A stretch of DNA of 64,000 nt from Octopus vulgaris (lineage: Eukaryota), in contig OX597836.1 of assembly GCA_951406725.2 (NCBI GenBank), positions 50,549,282 through 50,613,281 on the forward strand. The letters are read 5' to 3'. The stretch's first letter is position 1. Each line of letters opens with the position of its first letter. This document shows positions 55,791 to 64,000 of the stretch, one piece after another. Made by a program: the position numbers and the translations under genes. A model generated the notes under the pieces. It searched no databases. It was not told the DNA's origin and worked only from the letters and a program-made list of their open reading frames with translations.

Positions 55791-57330
55791 CGTCCGCTTT
55801 CCCGCGCTAGCACGGGTTGGACGGTTTGACCGGGTCTGGGAAGCCAGGGGCCGCACCAGGCTCCAGTCTGAATCTGGCAGGTTTCTACGGCTGGATGCCC
55901 TTCTAACGCCAACCACTCCGTGAGTGGATTGGGTGCTTTTTACGTGCCACCTGCACAGGGGCCGGAGGGTCCGGCATCGTCACGATCGGTTCGAGCATTT
56001 TAACGTGTCAGCGGCACATGGGCAACGAGGTCCGGGGTACTTTGGGGATCCAGGGTACTTTGGGGATCCGGGGTACTTAGAATGAGTAGGGGGTATGTGG
56101 AATTGCTGCAGAAAGCAGCCCGGGTCTTTGTAGTCACAGCATTTATCGTCACTGAGTAACGTAATTAGGTAGAGGAAAGAAATACAGATATTCTAGAGTT
56201 GAGTTGGGGAGGGGAGGTCCAGTTGAGGCGGGTAATATAGGAGGGCAACCAGTGGGGAAGGTTGGGGTAAGGAGGAACGATGGTAGGAAGGGTTGGTGTA
56301 GGTTCCTAAGAAATAAAGACATTCGTTATCGTCACTGAGTAACGTTATTAGGTAGAGGAAAGAATACAGATATTCTAGAGTTGAGTTGGGGAGAGGGGGG
56401 GTCCAGTTGAGGCGGGTAATATAGGGGAGCAACCAGTGGGGAAGGTTGGGGTAAGGAGGAACGATGGCAGGAAGGGTTGGTGTAGGTTCCTAAGAAAGAA
56501 AAACGTAGGATATTACGAGGCGGGAGGGTGCTAAAGGGGATAGTCGGAATGAGGCAGTGTCAGGAGGAAGCATAAGATCGGTGGGCAGTTGATGAGCTAT
56601 GGCGCTAGCAGCTTGTCTTTTCACAGTGAAAGCATATGAGGAGAAGGGGAGGGAGTAGGGCGTACCCGGTGTAGATGAGTAAGGCGTATCCGGTGTAGAT
56701 GGTGAGGACAGGGTATACTGGTATTGGTGGTGGGGGGTGAGGAACAGTGTTCACCGGTATTGGTGGTGGGGGTGAGAACAGTGTTCATCGGTATTGGTGG
56801 TGGGGGTGGGGGGGCGGGCGCACCGCCAATGGCTGAGAGATGGGAAGAGATGGGAAGAGATGGGAAGAGATAGGATTACGGCTTGAGGTAGCCTGGCCTA
56901 AGGTTAAATTTTGTAGAGAGAGAGATAGAAAGATAAATCAAGTTATGGCGAAGGCTTGAAAGTAGCCTAAAAAGGTTAAATTTTCGTAACAATGTATGAA
57001 GAAACGTAGTAACAACGAATAAAATAGTAAGATAAATTTTTAAGAACTTGCTGCGGACATCGAACGGGAGTTGAAATTGAATTGGGAATTTAAATTATAG
57101 AATCGTAATGGTGAGAGGAGGAAAAAAGACCGCCAATGGCTGAGAGATGGGAAGAGATGGGAAGAGATGGGAAGAGATAGGATTACGGCTTGAGGTAGCC
57201 TGGCCTAAGGTTAAATTTTGTAGAGAGAGAGATAGAAAGATAAATCAAGTTATGGCGAAGGCTTGAAAGTAGCCTAAAAAGGTTAAATTTTCGTAACAAT
57301 GTATGAAGAAACGTAGTAACAACGAATAAA
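55791..57330 (-). mobile_element. Composite non-coding element: RTE-type 3' end (55791-55990) plus body with internal tandem duplications
   Basis: 55791-55955 matches RTE tail 9800-9970. About 180-bp duplication (56144-56325 / 56326-56495) and about 200-bp duplication (56823-57025 / 57130-57330); flanked by (AT)n on both sides. Confidence 0.55.
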
Positions 57331-57391
<61 letters not shown>

Positions 57392-57392
57392 C

Positions 57393-57437
<45 letters not shown>

Positions 57438-57441
57438 TACA

Positions 57442-60400
57442 CTCAGTAACAGGACAAAGATCCCGTTCCTGAGAGACTTTGTTGCATGCAATCAAGCCTT
57501 ATGCATAGCACTTACAGAAACGCACCTGAAACCGGACATAGCAGATGCGGAGTTACACATACCACAGTATGCTGTACTACGGACCGACAGGAAAGAAAGG
57601 AGTCATGGAGGTGTTGCTATGTACATCCGTGAGGACCTCACACCCCAGGTCCTCTTGTCATACTCAAACTCGGTGTGTGACACACTAATTGTACATATTA
57701 GGCAACTTGATGTAGTTGTGTGTGCTACATATCGCCCTCCAGATGCCCCAAGCCATGTGGGCAAGTTTGAAGACTGCCTTATAAAAATAGAAGAAATTCT
57801 AACCACATTAGAACAACACATAGGTGTGCTTCTTATGGGAGACTTCAATCTGCCCAATGTCAGATGGCCCGAGGGCCTTTCTCTCCCAGGAATGACAAGA
57901 TGTGAACGAGGACAGGCGAGGTCCCTCCTGAACCTCATCAACACCCTGTACATGGAGCAGGTAATACTCCAACCAACCAGGGCAGGTAACACACTGGATC
58001 TCTGCTTCACAAATGACATGGATCTCATCCATAATGTGAAAGTGACACCGACACTACTCTCGGATCACAACATGATAGAGCTGACCATGTACGGGCCAAA
58101 AGAGAGCACGGACATGCAGCCTACAAGAAACCCTCAAAATCTTTCCAGCTTGAACTACCATAAGGCAAACTGGAAACAAATTGAGAAAGAGATCCTCAAA
58201 CAAAACTGGCCTAAATGTCTCTCCTCGCCAGACATCGACGTGAAACTTCAACAATTCATGTCTGTAATGCCCATATGCTACAAATGTGTCCCAGAGAGAA
58301 AGGCAGTACACAAGAACAAAATCCCCAGAGAGGAAAATTTTAATGAGACGGTGTACGAAAATTTCAAATCGCCTAAACAAACAGATTGAAAGCAGTGAAA
58401 AGTCCCACCTGAAAATAAAACTGTTGGAAATTGAAAAATGTCTGCAACTCTGACATGAAAAAGAAAGAGCAGACAAAGAAACCTGGGCTATAGACAACAT
58501 AAAATTTAACACCAGAGCTTTCTACAGGTGTGCCAAAGAAACAGCTACGGTGCACTGTAGAATAGGGCCACTCCTTGAAAAGGATGGCACACTTACAGGA
58601 AAACCAATGAGGGTAAGTGAAATACTGAATGAGCAATTCAAGCGTGTTTTCACTCCACCCCTTGGGCATCTCCAAATCACCAATCCAACTGACTTCTTTA
58701 CCACTGCAGATATAAAATCAGAGGCGGCGACGATAGATTACATCGATATAAAGGAAGACGATGTAACCAAGGCTATAGATGAAATGAAAACAGACTCAGC
58801 TACTGGCCCCGATGGATTCCCGGCAATCCTCCTAAAAGCATGTAAGAGAGTCCTAGCAAGACCACTGCAGTTCCTCTTTCAGAGCTTGCAGCTGGCAAAC
58901 TTCCAAGAAAACTGAAGGAAGGTAAAATATGCCCTATTCATAAAGGAGGTAGCAGAGCGGAGGCCAAGAACTACAGACCTATCTCTCTGACCTCACACAT
59001 CAGCAAGGTCATGGAACGAATAGTCAGAAGGAAGCTGATCACCTTCCTTGAAGAAAATGACTTGCTGCCCGACACCCAACATGGTTTCCGACCAGGGAGA
59101 AGCTGTTTAACTCAGCTCCTACAACACTATGACTGGGTGCTGAAACGGCTGCTCAACCACTCAAATGTGGAAGTGATATATCTCGACTTTGCAAAGGCCT
59201 TTGATAAAGTCGATCATGGAATGATATGTCACAAACTGCGTGATCTCAACATAGTTGGAAAACTGGCAGAATGGCTTCATGACTTTCTGAAGGATAGAAG
59301 TCAGGTGGTAGTAGCCAATGGGGCCACCTCCATTAACACACAAATAGTGAGCGGTGTTCCGCAGGGCACTGTTCTGGGACCACTACTGTTCATAATGGCC
59401 CTCTCAGACATGCCCTCAGCCACGCAGAGAGCCACGATCACAAGTTATGCAGATGATACAAAAGTTTCACAGGCAATACAGAACCCTGAGGACACTAAAC
59501 ACCTGCAATGTGAGCTGGACAAAATATACAAGTGGGCTGAAAAGAATAGCATGCAGTTCAATGCTGGAAAGTTTCAAGCTTTATACTATCAGCATGCAAA
59601 ACTGAATGCAATACCCAATGAATACACTGGACCCGGAGGATTGCAATCCCAGAGGCACAATCAGTGCGTGACCTGGGTATTCACATGAGTGATGACGCAA
59701 CCTTTCATGTACATGTTGCTAAACTGGCAATGAAATGTAGACGGCTGGCTGGATGGATTCTTAGAACCTGTAGAACAAGAGAACAAGAAACCATGATGGT
59801 CCTCTGGAAGACACTTGTCCTAAGCCACTTTGACTATTGCTCTCAGCTATGGTCACCATCCAGTGTCAAGTTGATCACAGAACTTGAGGCGATCCAACGA
59901 AGCTACACAAAGAAGATAGCCTCTGTGCAGCATGTAAGCTACTGGGAAAGACTCAAGAGATTAAAATTCTATTCCCTGGAGCGTAGGCGAGAAAGATATG
60001 CCATAATATACATCTGGAAGATCCTGGAAGGACTTGTCCCAACTTTGGCATCGAGAGTTACACAAATGCCAGAACTGGCGCCACTGCGTGGTGCCAAGGA
60101 CTCCAAATTTGCCATCAAGATGTAGGACAAGATACTGTGATAGCCTGGGCTTCCAAGGCCCACAGCTCTTCAATATCCTCCCGAAGAACCTGAGAGACCT
60201 GCATGGGGTGGATACAGATGTCTTTAAAATGAAACTGGATCTCTTCCTGTCAGGTATCCCAGATGAACCAACTTCACGGCAGGAGGTGCAGATGAGGGCA
60301 GCTGCATCGAACTCTCTCATGCACCAAATGGCAGTTGCTAAAAAGCATCCGTGAAGTAAACCAAGTAGCAACACCAAATGGCGGTGCCCCAGCATGGCCA

Positions 60401-60447
60401 CAGCTCATGAGCTGAAACTAGAAAAATCAAAATCAAAATCAATCAAT
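57442..60447 (+). mobile_element. CR1-group LINE, nearly entire ORF2 (AP endonuclease plus RT), frameshifted, inserted in (AT)n
   Basis: APE motifs ALTETHL, GGVAMYI, YRPP, MGDFN, LDLCFT, SDHN; RT motifs GPDG, NYRPISLTS, QHGFR, YLDFAKAFDKV, GVPQGTVLGP, YADDTK; (aatc)n-like tail. Confidence 0.92.
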
Positions 60448-63278
<2,831 letters not shown>

Positions 63279-63550
63279 CTAGCAGTATCGACCGGCGTTG
63301 CTCGGGTTTGTAAGGGAAATAACTATATAAGCATTTTTAGAGAGTTATAGCCAAAAAGTAGCAAAAAAATGCATTAAAAATTGAAAAAAAATTAAGGTAA
63401 ATTTTTCTTTAAATCGTTGACACATCGTAGATATTTTTAGAGAGTTACTTCCCTTATATAAAAGCAGAAAAAAATGCATTAAAATGGAAAAATATGATGG
63501 TAATTGTTTTTTAAATCGTAGACTCATCGTAATACCCAGAAGGGCTCGTT
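63279..63550 (-). mobile_element. Helitron-like 3' fragment, followed by an about 118-bp tandem duplication (63550-63800)
   Basis: aCTAGcagtatcgaccggcgttgctcgggtttgtaagggaaataactatataagc is the reverse complement of 51010-51075. Confidence 0.7.
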
Positions 63551-64000
63551 TGTTATTCTAACTTTCTGTAAAATTATTAAAATTTTGTTCAAACATCGCT
63601 ATAGAAAATGGGTTATTAGCTAATATTCAATTGGGTATACAACAAAATTTTACGATAGAATTTGTTATTCTGGGTAACTTTCTGTAAAATTATTAAAATT
63701 TTGTTCAAACATCGCTATAGAAAATGGGTTATTAGCTAATATTCAATTGGGTATACAACAAAATTTTACGATAGAATTTGTTATTCTGGGTAACTTTCTG
63801 ATACCCATAATAATATTTATGGCAAAATAGGCCTTAATTTCATTTAAGATTGTGGGAAATAACAAACTATCCTTTCTTTCGCTTTGTTTACGTTTAGCGT
63901 AATGATTTCAAATAGGCTCATTCGAAAAAGTAAATAGAAATAGTCTAAGGCTTTACTCTTCTGGGAAAGTCTGTGGCTTGAGTCCAGTTTCTTCAGAAAA

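Overview
AT-rich, intron-rich animal genomic DNA. The repeat landscape (giant (AT)n/(ATAC)n arrays, abundant tRNA-head SINEs, RTE LINEs) suggests an octopus or other cephalopod; this is an inference. The ORF track is mostly noise, and the real host genes had to be assembled from spliced exons. On the + strand are the last two exons of one DHRS11-like short-chain dehydrogenase (1340-1661) and a complete 7-exon, 250-aa DHRS11-like paralog (17294-30883). Converging on it from the - strand is a GPx4/PHGPx-like glutathione peroxidase: five coding exons from 41230 down to 33734, first exon not located. Its catalytic codon is an in-frame TGA (38983-38985) and its 3' UTR carries a well-formed type II SECIS (33588-33661), so it is a selenoprotein. 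The rest is transposon debris: Penelope-like elements (including a 3.7-kb near-perfect palindrome in DHRS11 intron 4), short fold-back cassettes with minimal hammerhead ribozyme motifs, RTE and CR1-group LINEs, a SINE family sharing its 3' stem-loop with the LINE at 57-60 kb, a decayed mariner, non-autonomous Helitrons and MITE-like elements. I see no unambiguous wholly new system; the ribozyme cassettes and the Penelope palindrome are the best leads. Repeat boundaries are approximate.
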